From Paramecium tetraurelia (taxonomy: Eukaryota): a DNA stretch of 64,000 nt. Position numbers and translations under genes: made by a program. This document shows positions 26,643 through 39,727 of this stretch, piece after piece (the first letter of the stretch is position 1; every line of letters starts with the position of its first letter). The notes beneath the pieces are model-generated. The model was not told where the DNA came from. It saw only the letters and a program-made list of their open reading frames with translations, and ran no database searches. The stretch lies in contig CT867996.1 in assembly GCA_000165425.1 (NCBI GenBank), positions 62,001 through 126,000 of the forward strand. Direction: 5' to 3'.

Positions 26643-29342
26643 ATGAATTATCAATTGTCACAGGTTGAAAATGAACAAAGTGACATATATATTGAATCAT
26701 AAATTGATGAATATAAAAAACACTTTCAAATGGATTGCTATGCTCTGGAAGATAAGGTGCAATTTTACAACTTAAACATGAATGAACCACTAGACATGAA
26801 ATCTCCTTCCGAAACTGTATATTTAATAATGAATCCTAGATTCAAGAGTTCATATTCACTGAAGAGAAATTGGAAGTATAAGGAAAAGGATTATTTAATA
26901 CTTCGTTAAATTAACATAAATTAATCAATATTAAGCTACTTGATTTATCTAAATGCAAACTCCATTAAATACCAGAAGATGTGAAGTAAAATAAATAAAT
27001 AAATAAATATGTAGATAAATGATCAATTTGTAAAAAGTGTATTTGAGTTATAATATGTTGATAACATTGCCTCATTTTTTGGAATCCTTAACATTCTTAG
27101 AGGTGCTAGATTTATCTTACAATTAAATACAAATTTACAATGTCCATCTGAAACGTTTAATGTAATTAAATCTTGCAAGCAATTAAATTAAGTAACCATA
27201 TTTTGGGAATTTGAATGTGCTTTGTATTTAGATGAATCCAATCACATAACTGCCTCATCAATTTCATAATGCCTTGAGAAATTTGAATCAATTAGAATTT
27301 GATTGGTTTAAGTATTGCAAACCTCCTTTGCCATTGAAACTAAACTTTAAGAAATACCCTTGGGTTTAAGAGAAATTAATAAATTCGCTCTCGAAATAAC
27401 CTTTGAGTTTCTAGGAATTCATCTAGTTGTTAAGTCAGAATTAATAGAACTTTAGTACTACTGATTACAAGGAGAGAAACTTGTTTTGTTAAGCAGGCAT
27501 CAATGATGAAATAGGAGTTTTGTATTGCTTAAATTAGATCATACCTTAGGATATCAACAAAACTGATTTCGATAATTATACGCCTTTGTCAGTTTGTTAT
27601 GCCGAAGGCAAAATGAGGTTAGTTTTCATAATAATAAAGATCAGTGAGCATATTAAAGGCTTTTGGCGGTAGATTTTCATTGAATAGCATTCATTGCATG
27701 AGTCAAAGAGCTGATGTGTAGAATTTAAAGTTTCTTTTAGGAATAAAGGAACATGTTCACTTTTCATTAAGAGCTTCTAACAGTTTACATCCAATCAACC
27801 AGGAGTCCTTAGTGATGTTAAGAAATATTGATGGAAATACTCCAATGCATTAATTAATGATGAATTTCGATAAGCATGAATTTAGTTCAGAATTTGCCTT
27901 GATTCTATTGATGTTTGGAGCAGATCCAAATGCTGAAAATTATGAAGGTTTCACTCCTTTGGAGATGGCTATCAAGAAATAATAAGTCAAAGGACTTAAA
28001 TTTGGGAATGATTTCAATATGTCAAATAATGTAGAATATTTGAATAAAAGATTTTTTGATTTTTCGCATTAATCAACTATCACAGGTAATGGTATGTGCC
28101 ATACAGCTGCAACGGTTGGAAATCTTGAAATCTTAGAGTTTCTGATTTCAATTAATGCTGACTACTTCTCTATTAGTAAATCAAACAAATTACCAAGAGG
28201 TTTGGCTATTCAAAGTTTAGTAGCTTTGAAGAATATTCGAAAGTTAGAGAAAAGATATATTTTAAATAATGTGATTCGAGAGAAATCTCTCCTAGAATAA
28301 TAAGAAAAGTATTATTTAAAAGATTAATTAGAAATGTATATTAAATGAGGCATTAAATTGAAAAAAATATGGTTTAAAGGCATCATAACATGATCTAAAA
28401 ATTTGTAGACTAAGTGGAGATTGATGATTCATAATCAATGGAAAGCTATAATGATTTTAGTCTTCAAGTTGGAAGTGAATGTTCAGTGAGAGAGACAGTT
28501 GCTGAATCTACTCCCATATTTAAGAAATAATAAAATCTCTAAAAAGAAGCTTTTTCTTCTGTGCAATAGAACGTTTAGTAATTATTAAACATTGAATTTT
28601 CTGATCATTATCCTGACATTTTAAAATTGTTAAGAAATGGTAACATTGACACAGCAATAAAAAAATTGGAGAATATATTGCAATACGAATTAATCTGTGT
28701 ATCAGAAAGATTCAAATATAAAAATCAATTATCTTTGCTAAAATTAAAATTCAAACAAAAAAATGTTGAATTAAAATCAAGAATTGGTTAGGATGTATAA
28801 TTACTATTAAATGAATATTAATTTAAGTAATTAAAAACAGACCTTAGAAGTAAATCATATCTGTATCATTAGATAAGTACTTCAAAAATGTTTAGAGCAT
28901 ATTAAATAACTAAAATGAAATGGAAATTTCTAAAGCATTAAACATAGTCTCCAGACAACAAATTATATGCTCATCATTCAACTTAAATCGGGATCTATAA
29001 GTTTAAGATCTGTCTCTGATATCTGATCTTAGAAACAAACTGAGTGCAAACCTAGTTTATGATATAAATAACTATGCAACTCACTTATTTTCTTCATAAA
29101 GTTAACTATATCTGTGGCTTTATAGTTGCTTTTCAAAAAAAGAAAAAATCTTAGTCAAAACTAGCTTTTTTAATCTATAAAATTATGAATATCTTTAATA
29201 GATGAAATTTAAAAAGAAGAGAGTTATCGTTGGAAAACCAGATGATTTGGCAATTGATAAAGACATTTCGGATTTAAATTCTGTTCCAATCAACTAAATC
29301 ATCAGTAATAATAATCTGTTTTGTAACACTAAAAGAAATTGA
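26643..29342 (+). CDS. Leucine-rich repeat + ankyrin repeat protein
   Basis: LRRs (LLDLSKCKLHQIP, LEVLDLSYNQI), then LEFDWFKYC, then ankyrin repeats (DNYTPLS, DGNTPMH, GADPNAENYEGFTPL, CHTAATVGNLEILEFL); several introns. Confidence 0.88.
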
Positions 29343-29429
29343 AGCTACAATTATTTTATATTAATTATAAAGCTATTAATCATTTCAAAATCAGATCATT
29401 AACTGAATTTTAGTTAATATTTAGAAAAA

Positions 29430-30250
29430 ATGCTATTTATATTTAATTTACAATATATCATACCTTTGAATATCCACTGTAAGGATGACTCCAAAATGCC
29501 ATACCAGGTATAGTGTTTCTAACTAGAATTATTATAAAAAATTCATCGATCAAGGTTTCTATATTTTAAGAATATTAAAAATCTAACCGTTCACTCTAAA
29601 AAATTAACAACTTAAATTAGGATAAAAAGCAATCTATCTTCAAACCAATTCAAATTTGATTTATAGCCCTATAAATTGGCCTAAAATTTTGATGCTATTA
29701 TAGAGGTTTAAGATGACATATGGGTTAAAAAGTTAAAACAGTTAATTTTAAATGTCTCGATAACACAAAATTACAGAAAAGTCAAATTTGAATTCATGTT
29801 ATTTCTATTAAAGTTCGAATATAGTTAAATGATATTGTAATTCTCTCAATGATACGATATGATATGATAATGAAGTGAATTTATTTACTTTTTGATTATA
29901 AAATAAATAATGAATATTATTTGACAGAGGTTTAAAAATATTAAATCTCCATTCTTAATTGAGTTTAAGTACCAATAAAATTTACTGAAATTAGGTTAAA
30001 TCAATGATGACGATTTGGAGGTTATAGATATACCCATTTTTATAAATATCTAGTAATTTTGTATTAACATCAAATAATATGCTGATTATAAATTACGTCA
30101 GCATATCAAATAGTAGGTTGCTGGAATGTAAATCTTCTTAATTGGGTAATAAAAAAAGAATATATTGTTAGAATATCATTCCCTGTTTCAGAAGTGGCAA
30201 TTTTAAACTTTGGGTTGATAATTGATTATAATGATATTTTGGGCTGATAA
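29430..30250 (+). pseudogene. Possible degenerate gene remnant
   Basis: A 140-codon ORF from ATG 29430 and further coding-like fragments are broken by TGA in all three frames near 29830-29880. I found no convincing rescuing intron. Confidence 0.3.
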
Positions 30251-30271
30251 ACTACAATTATTTTAATAATA

Positions 30272-31601
30272 ATGATTAAGAGATTCAAGAAACTCTTTTA
30301 GGGTTAAAGTGAGTTCCAGTCATTTCTTACAAAATCTAGTCTCACAAAGGATAACTTTGTTTACAAACAAGAAGATGTGGAAATTTTAATACCGTACCTA
30401 ACAGAAGATTAAAATATAATCGAATTTTTTTAGGTGTATTAAGAAGAAACCTGCTAACTTTATACAATAAAAATGAAAATGCTTATAACTATTCATCAGA
30501 TGCTCAACATCAGCGATGAATTTGCCACATATTTCACTAAAATTAATTTTGCCTATTTTAATAAGTATGAATGATTGAATTATCGCAGGCCTTCCTATAA
30601 ACCAGAAACATTTGTATTTAAGCAGGTAACAAATGAAGTCTGGTTGCTGGAAAACCTTTAGATTCCATTTCTGCAGTATTTGTAGAAATTGGCATTGAAT
30701 GTACAAGAGATCAAAAGTTATAGAAATCACCATTTCAGAAAACCTATTCATTAATCAAAGTATAAAAGGTCTTATGTTATTTAAGTCTTGTAGTAGAATG
30801 CTTTAAATTGCAAAACCTAGTCAATTAAGGTTTATCTCTTGTGCCGTAACTGAAAACATCGCTATCAAATTTCCCTCATGATTTTCTTTTAAAGAAATTG
30901 GCTAGCAATCTCTATTGTGAATTGAGGCAATTTTAAAGACAGTTGATTAATTCTCTCTCTGCTTTATTGGATACCAACTCTAGGGCCTCAAATATTGAGA
31001 TATTTGAGTTCTTCAGAGAAGTAAGATCTCTCTCTCACAATTCACATAGGTGCAAATTATAGAGAAGAAGACCATGTCATATTACATGTTACACAAGTTG
31101 TTTGATCCAGGAAGAAAGCTGATGCCTCCTTTGTAATTGAAAATCGATCTAAAAAGTGCTAAGCATCTTGAATAGTAAGCTTTAAATGAGCAATTAAAGA
31201 TTAATTAGCAAAAGCAAATGAGAAGTCAACGGAATTCAAGATCGAATAGTTTAGATCAGCAATAACGAGTTTCTTAAGGTTTTATTAGTTAAAGGGAACG
31301 GCGCTTCATGATGTACAGTAGAACAAAGAAACAAGACACGATTTAGGAAGACATTGAAATGCCAACTGAGGAATAATAGCCATCAGAGAAGAAAAAGATA
31401 ACGTAAATGATGGATAATTAAGTCAATGACATTCCTAAATAGTTTGATAATTTGGAAAATGATAATATTGACATCCAAAAGAAGGAGAGCAGTGATGAGA
31501 GTGAAATCAATGAGAGAAATAGTTAGAAGGAAACTAATGACATTGTTAAGAATTAAGAAAGTACTAGTCAAGCAGATTAAGATGAAAATTAATATATTTG
31601 A
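30272..31601 (+). CDS. ANTH/ENTH-like domain protein with acidic tail
   Basis: IKMKMLITIHQML resembles the ANTH KxLxxxHxxL helix; helical body, introns and a D/E/S-rich C-terminus. Confidence 0.6.
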
Positions 31602-31635
31602 TTAATAATAAACTTGCTTTTATTTATAATTTTTA

Positions 31636-34018
31636 ATGAGTGCAGTAGAAGAAATTGAAAGATGTTTAGCATAGGCAATTCAATAGAGAACTGCAACAGA
31701 AATCATAGCGACTATGGGTACGAAAGTACTGACACTTTAGAATTTTTAATAATTGATAAAAAAAAACAACAAGAACATTATCAATAAAGAAGTCGAGGAA
31801 TATTATTATAAAATATTAACAGATTTTGATAGTAGGGTAGGAATTACTTATGAAATATTTGAGAAGATGGTTGAGAATTTACCTAAACCAAAAAGACGTT
31901 AAGATGTTGTTATGAGTTTAATTGAAGGAATATAATCTAAAAAGGTACCTTTGGAAAGAATTTTCAAATTCTTTGATTATGATGGAGATGGAAAAATGCC
32001 ATTAAACGAAATGAAAGAGCTTTTGGAGTATTTATACCCAGAGATTACTGAAGAAGATATCATGATATTGATGAAAAATAATAATGAAGTCTAATTCTCA
32101 TTCGAAAATATTAAGACCCTATTATCATTTGAATAAAATATGAATGCTGAAATTGTTATAGTAAAGGATGAGAATGAAACTAGTGATAGTGATGATGACG
32201 ATGAGTATTATGATGAATTTGGAATGTTTAAAGGAAATCAAGAAGAATACTTTGATGAATACTGCATCAGTGAAGATTCACCATTTTATGAACCTTTTAT
32301 GAACTTCAAAAGTCAATACTATAAATTGAAAGAAAATAAAACTATTTTTGTAGATCCAGATTTCAAACCGGATGAAACAAGTCTAGGAAATGTGGGAGAC
32401 AATTTTGCATGGAAAAGACTAACTGAAATTTGGAAGAATGTTTAAATCTTTTAAAAGGATTTATATCACTCAAATAGCGAATTAGGAGTACATTCCTTAG
32501 TTTCTCCAAGAGACATTAAATAAGGATCACTTGGAGATTGTTATTTTCTATCTTCTTTGGGATCAATTGCTAGTAAATAGTATAATTTATATATTAATTC
32601 TTAGTCCTGATAAGATTTTTGAATTGTTTTAGACTCCTATTCTAAATCCTTATAATTTTTATGGTGTTTGGCTTTGCATTTAGGGAATTTGGAAATTGAT
32701 TACTCTAGATGATTATGTACCTGTCTATAATGATCAACCAGCGTTTAGTGGAAGTGATACATAGGAAATGTGGGTTATTTTACTAGAAAAAGCATGGGCT
32801 AAAATATTTGGAAATTATGGGAATATTATAAGTGGTGATCCGAGAGAAGTCATAGCAAGCATTACTGGAGGACCAACTTGGTGTATCAGTAGTGATGAAA
32901 GCACTTTTATTGATAAGTTGAAATAGATAATGAATTCATATCAAAATTATATCGTATGTGCAGGAACGTATTCTGATAAACCAGAATCGGAGACCTTTGG
33001 ATTAGTGCGAAACCATGCTTACTCAGTGTTGAACTTTAGAACTATAAAATTGCCAAGCAAGGAAGAAGTTTAACTAATTTAATTGAAAAATCCATATGGA
33101 AATGATCAAGAATGGAATGGAGACTGGAGTGATAAAAGTCCACTTTGGACTCAAGAATTAAAAGATAATGTGTTATAATCTTAAGAAGAGGATGGCATAT
33201 TCTTTATGTGTATTGAAGATTTCAGAAAGCATTTTGAAAATGTATTTATAGGGTTCTGTAATCCTTATTTTAAATTTTCATAAATCACAATTTAGTGCTA
33301 GAAGAAGAAATCGGCATATATTTTATTAAATATTAAAAAGGATGGAGAATATTATTTCTCAGCATATTAGAAGTCATAAAGAATGTTTAGACAATAATCA
33401 AAAGATTTATAAATATAATATGACTATTCAGAAATGCGCTTGATATTATCTAAAATGAACAAGAATAATTCCATTCAACCTTTAACATACAAGACTGAAA
33501 CAGATATGAGTTTCAATATCTATGGAAGATTGTAGAAAGGATAGTATATACTGTAACTTAAAGTATATTGGATAATGGAGGGATGGGATTAAAGTGATGT
33601 TCCTTTAGTTTCATATGGAGAAGACACAACTGAAATGAAATTTTGTTAGAAAATATCAAATTTCCAACAAGCCTCTATTTTATTTGAAGCAAAGGAAAAA
33701 AGAGCTGAAGCCAAACCACTTAATCCTTCCCATCCTGAGCTTGTTGCTTTGAAGAATAAGTCATAAGCATATAAGTAATCTGCATATTTATTAATTAGTT
33801 ATCCTTATCTTTATTACTAAAATATATCAAAAGAGAAGACTTTTAGTTTTGAGATGGTGTTTGAAGGGGATATCAAATTAAAGAAACCTCATAGTGGTAA
33901 TCAAGTGGATATTGAACTTAAGCCAGGTTAAGATAAATTGATTGTCTATAAATTTATGACCAAAGGAGCAAAAATGAAATATCAAATACACAAGTTCAAA
34001 TGTAGAAGTGCATCATGA
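31636..34018 (+). CDS. Calpain-family cysteine protease with N-terminal EF-hand region
   Basis: EF-hand DYDGDGKMPLNE; FVDPDF; catalytic QGSLGDCYFL, NHAYSV and LKNPYG; C2-like domain III. Confidence 0.92.
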
Positions 34019-34098
34019 ATTTATTTTAAAATAAATATCGATATGAATATCAAACTTATTAAGTTATCAGATTAAAATTATGTTGATATTTATTTTTA

Positions 34099-34857
34099 AT
34101 GAAATAATTGTCTTAACCTTCTTAATTGTTTAAAGCAAAACAAAAAAGTGAACCCTCACTCTTACCTAATATAGATATTCTAAAAGAAAATGTTAAATCA
34201 AGTTTTGCCCTCGGACATCTAAGAGGTTTACTAACTTATAAGCAGCGAGAATAACCCAAAACTGATATACAAGTAAGACGAGATCAAACATTTGGGAAGG
34301 CGAACAAAAAGTCAAAGAATAAAAGGCTAACCTTTTTAAAATTCGGGTTTAGAACCCATGAAAAAAAGAATAATTACTATCTCCAACCTCTGATTAAGAA
34401 GGTGAAGGATGCATTTGGAGAAGTTGCCAATGACGGTTCAATGGGAGTTGTGGATTTATGGAGCGATAGAAATGTAAATAGATTAATGGATGCAATTTAA
34501 ATGACAAGAGATAATTTAATAGTGAGGAAATTGGGTAAAGAACTGAATGAGGCCGAGCATTTCCTACTGATAAGGATGGAAGAGAAGAAAATGAGAGACA
34601 GGATCTTCATGGAATCATTAAAATTGTAATTCCAAGAGACTGACACATTCTCACTTAAGTTTTAGTTATCAGATAAAGACAAGAAGATTGTACAGAGAGT
34701 TGCTCAACCTACAATATCAAGTAATCTGAGATACAATAATCCGAATGAGAACATTTAGACGATAGTGGAAAGTATTGATCAACTGCATCAGGAGAATTTG
34801 GAAATTTATACTGATCTGTACAAATAGATTAAATCGATTCAGAAGCACATAAAGTGA
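34099..34857 (+). CDS. Hypothetical protein (252 aa)
   Basis: Intronless code-6 ORF MKQLSQPSQLFKAK...KHIK-TGA. Confidence 0.75.
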
Positions 34858-35055
34858 TTGAATTGTGGTTCAAAGAGCATTCAAATCCTATGACTTATAT
34901 ATCTGTCTAATTTACGTTATTTTTATATTAAGACTATATAATGAAGGATGAAACAAAGAATAAGCAATTTTGATTGATAATATTAAATAAAAGATAATTT
35001 GCTTATTTCTTACATCAGAGGAATGTATATATGCAAATCAACCTTATTTATACAT

Positions 35056-36140
35056 TCAGATTATATGAAAGTCAAGAAGAGAGTAGTCGATTTAGATAGA
35101 TGTTTTAATTTTTATAGATTCTGCCATGTTCTCGTTTTATTTAGTATAATTGTTACTTTAGATCAGTCTTGTAATTGACTATCTTTTTTGCATTCTCTTC
35201 ACAAAACTATTTGGCATCTTGAAGTCTAACTTCAAATTGTTCCTTTAGACCTTCTTCTGGCTCTGTTTTGAATACTCTTTTCTCGAATTATAAAATTGCT
35301 TCATTTTTAGGGTTTCAATTATTTAAATGCTGCATCTCGATATCTCTGTTCATTTAATTGTTGTTTAAATGAGGTCTCAGCCTTCTTTATTTTATCCTGC
35401 ATAGATGGTCACTTCTTCTCCAGCATATGTTCTCGAATAACAACCCAATCGTCACTAATTTTATAAGGTTGCGATTTAGTTTTGAGTTCCCATCCAACTC
35501 CATTCGGTTCTAATTCCTAACTGGATTAGATTCTCTTATATCTCTTTAACAATTGTTACATGTATTATTTTAATTAATGTGGAGCCAACTTATCGTTCAT
35601 TTAAAAGAGCAGTCGTGTTTCCTTGATCTCTTGATTAGATCTATTCATCCTCTTCATTGAATTTATGCTGTTGGTCAAACAAATTTACAATAATCGGGTG
35701 ATTCTGAGTCCTACTGTATTTTAATCAGTTCTTCTTTAATTTCTATGTATTTGTGGCCTGTTTGCTATAGAGTGACATTGAGTTCTGAAGGATTATCTAT
35801 TTTTTGAGTAAGGCTTAAATTTCGTGATTGCATTATTTATCCTCATTTTTGATTCTCGAAAAACTAGAGACAATGACCTCACAGTTGTGACTGACCTCAT
35901 TGATAATATTGGAAAATTAAGAATTTACAAAGCGAATGCGAAATGTGTCAGAGTGTTCTTAAAATTTAGCTTCTAATGACTTCTAAGGTCTTAGCTTTTC
36001 TTGACTGCAATCTCTTGAGTCCTTCCTTTTATGATGTTACATTATTCAATATTCCATTCTTTAAGTTTTTTAAATGACCTTAAAAGAAATTCAAACCCTT
36101 TTTCCTTAAAATACTCAGCATCTTAAGATTATTATTACAT
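35056..36140 (-). pseudogene. Probable decaying gene for a hypothetical coiled-coil protein
   Basis: In-frame TGA at 35409-35411 (EKK*PSMQDKIKK), with the frame open for about 117 more codons. In the 5' half the most protein-like text switches among frames. Confidence 0.5.
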
Positions 36141-36254
36141 TTAATTAATATGATAATATATTTACTTGGTTTCTAGAATGGTTATTTTATTAAGTGCTAT
36201 GAAGATGTTTAAACATGTTATTGAGATTTAGATATTTGATAATGTATATTAAAT

Positions 36255-36640
36255 TCAAATTTCTTATTTAATTTTGAATCTATCTTTAATAAACTGAGTC
36301 TCTTTCTCTAGATTGGCTGCTAATCTGTTGGATGTTTCAACAATCTATTCAATTTTTACAGTTAATAAATTTACTCGATGATATGTGAGGTCTGTCTCTT
36401 CTATCATTTTTTTGTAATTAGCTAATTTAGATTCTTTGTCTTTCAAGATGGCCACTCTTAAATCGAGCTCCATTTGCATCTTACGAATTTGTGCATCGAA
36501 TGCTTAGAAATCTGTTTTTTCCTTTTGATATTCTTGGAGGAGTTCATCTCGTTCTCTTTTCATGTTCTCGATGGCTTTAATGTCATAGGGAGAAGACTCA
36601 TACCATTTTGAAGGTTCTAAAAAGCTAATTCATCTTCCAT
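36255..36640 (-). CDS. SSNA1: SSNA1/DIP13/NA14-like small coiled-coil protein
   Basis: IENMKRERDELLQE...YKKMIEETDLTYHRIVETSNRLAANLEKE resembles the remembered SSNA1 C-terminus ([20 protein letters not shown]); 30-nt intron. Confidence 0.6.
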
Positions 36641-36682
36641 AGGAAAAAACAAAAATTAAATTAAACAAAAATTAGAGTAAAG

Positions 36683-38053
36683 TCATTATAATAATAATTC
36701 TTAGTAATTCCTATCTAATCTCTGGGACCAATCACTATTATTTTGGAAGGCTTAGGATATTTGTTTGGCCTTCAAAATGCCTTTTTGTGCTAATTCTGAA
36801 TTGCATTCCAAAGCCTGCATAATCCCCCAGTTCATGAGTATTTGCGCTGCCTTTAGGGTTTCCTATCTCCCACATTAAAAGGCATTGTGGAAGTACTTCT
36901 ACGCTTGTTTGTAATCGTTGGTGTTGGCATACAAGATTCCGAGCAAATTGTATATGGGTGACGATTGGGGTTTCAATTCTTAGTTAGTACCATAATATTC
37001 GTTATTGTTTTTGGATTGTTGGATTTGAAGAGATTGTTCAGCAAATTAAAATGCGGCATCATAATCCTTACGGAGATATGCTAATTCAGCTAAGATGAAA
37101 TATGTATCAGCAATACGTTCATCCTCTTCAGGGAGATAATCTCGATATATAGCTAAGCTTTCATAACACAATTTACTGGCAGCATCGGGATTTTCTTAAA
37201 TTATTGCAGATAATTACTCATCCATCCATTCAGTCTAGACAGCAATGTCAGAACATACGCAATGTCAAGACGCCAATTAAGTTATTCGTAATGCAATAAT
37301 GCATCATAATAGTATTGTTGAGATTTCTAAAAGTTTTTTGAAATGAAACAAGCTTTACCTGTTTCTATTAAAAGTTTACCCTTAAAAGTTGGTTCATTGA
37401 TTGTAAACTTAGTTAAACAATTTTCATAATACAAAATTGCATGTTAGTAATTACCTTGTGCTTTCATGGCATTTCCTAAGATATATAGACAACGCAATGC
37501 CAAAACGATGTATTTGTGCGTGAATTCTTTCTTGTTGACATTCTTGATGAAGAGGAGTCTGATTTGCTCAAATAATGCCTTGAGAGCTATGACAACACTG
37601 GGGGAATTGTCGCAATTCAAACTTCGTTCTACAGAGTCAAGGTTAGTATTGATGTAATCAATATTCCAAGGTTCTTCATCACTATAGAAGGATTGATGAG
37701 AAAATTCAGATTCGCTATGAGATTGTTAATGCTAATTTAATTAAGTCAGCGTATTGAGGGGCCCTTAGATCTTCTTAGAAAAAGATTGATCAAGCAAAGC
37801 AGCGTTCTCTCGCTCAGGATTAGTGATGAGTCCATCAAGTTCAGTTCTGCCTGTGATGGGAACTAATTGTTTTTCGTCTCGAGACATTCTGTCTATCTAT
37901 TTTGACATTGTGAGGCCTTACTTCACTACTAAGTGTCTTCAGCTCTACGATATGTCCTGATAATACTTTTTCCCTTATCTTGAGTAATACATCCTTCAAT
38001 TGTTCGTCTCTCAACAAGGTCTCTCTATCTACTCTTTCGAATATACGAGACAT
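36683..38053 (-). CDS. Tetratricopeptide-repeat protein
   Basis: CLYILGNAMKAQGNYQHAILYYENCL; IADTYFILAELAYLRKDYDAAFQFAEQSL; ends ELLLQ-TGA. Confidence 0.85.
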
Positions 38054-38092
38054 TCAATAATTAAATTTAATATCTATAAATTTGTATTTTCA

Positions 38093-39511
38093 TCACTCCT
38101 TCCTTTTCCCCTATCCAAATTTCGTAATCTTGAAAAACCCCCAAACCACCACCATCACTATTTGAGCCACCCATCCAAGATCACTCATCGCTTTCAACAC
38201 CCTATCCCATTTCAATAATCCAATCGGAGTGGCAGTTGAATTCACAGCCAACTGCCCATAAACAGCGCAAATGATTTTCTGCATCGGAATGGGAATACTT
38301 AAACATAATAATGAGTTTTTACAATTTAAATTTATCCTTCGCTCTATAAACCTATTTGGTGATCTCATTGAAAATTGCCCATTCAATGAAAAACACATAG
38401 TACGCAATAAAGAACCCATGCCTACATACTATAATATAATACCAGTAAGCACTCAAAACAAAAGTGAGGAGCAGAGCTGATTTGTGTTACTTGTATCTAT
38501 CATAAAAACAAGTTTGCAACCATGCCTAAACACTTGAATTCCAATGCTTTGTTCTTTTTATAGGTGAAAATTCGATCTCAAATTTGTAATCAGCCAAACG
38601 ATAATTAGAAAACTCTATTGATAGTATTTATATCGTACCTTATCCATCAAATGTAATTCCTCCTGCATCCATTGAAGCCTAAGAGAAGTTAAATGCAAGG
38701 AAGTATTTGAACCTCTCGCAACAAGAAATCAATTGGCAAATTAGATGACGAGTCAAAAGTGAATGCTCTTCCCATTACTGAGTACCGAAGTAGGCGAAAC
38801 TGAACTTAGGTCTAATAAGTTGATCAGCTAATTATAATTGCTTAACTAGGTACCTGCCACAAAGAGAATAGCCTTAAAAAGGGATAGGTAAGCCATTTTA
38901 AAACTGTAACTCATGTTGGCATAGACTCCCTTGAGATTGATGAAATCAATGTAGGCTGTGAAGGGAACTGTGCCAACGATGATGTTTGGAAAGTAGAACA
39001 CATAACTGATATAATCGAGAAATGTGAAGGATAATCGATCTTAAGCAGCAACTCCCACGTATACGAATCGACATGTCAACATCATCTGCACTACGTTAAA
39101 TCCCATCTTCCAAGACGAGTCTGCGTTCTACTGATAGTTTGCCATTAACCATGATGCGGTCGTAATGTAAGTAGCCTAAAATGAGAAAGCTGATAGATGC
39201 TATGGGGATGAATGGTCTCCTCAGTAATCTCATAAAATATATGACAAGTGTCTATGCCACAACCAACTCTATCCATTGAGCTCCCAAGTACAACATAAAG
39301 AAGAGTCCCCAAAAAAATGTATAGGATTTTCGAATAATGGGACTTTTCAAGTAGCGTAGGATAATTCCCAATGGGAAAATAAGCAACTTCGAACATACAC
39401 TCAAATCATTACGAAATGGACAAGCAACTTAAATTGGTCAGTCTGGACTCCGACTACATTTAGTCGATTTATGTGCATAGCAATCTCGTCAAATAATTCA
39501 ACTATGGTCAT
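38093..39511 (-). CDS. MBOAT-family (lysophospholipid-type) acyltransferase
   Basis: Multi-pass protein with YISYVFYFPNIIVG, WNSSVQAWL and catalytic SAYWHG (split by an intron); basic C-terminus GKRKE. Confidence 0.9.
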
Positions 39512-39727
39512 AATTAATTATTTTATATTCAAAAAACTGAAACTTTCCTTCTATTGTTTTCTCCATCAATCAATCATCTTCTCCTCTGGAATCCAACTTT
39601 TGTTACCTCTTCGTAAAAGATCAAACGAAAACTCAGTGCTTAAAATTTATAATTGATCTGGTGAATCATAAAATCGTCTTTAATTAGAAAATAACTTACA
39701 TAATTAGTCGAATTGCTATTTATTATA

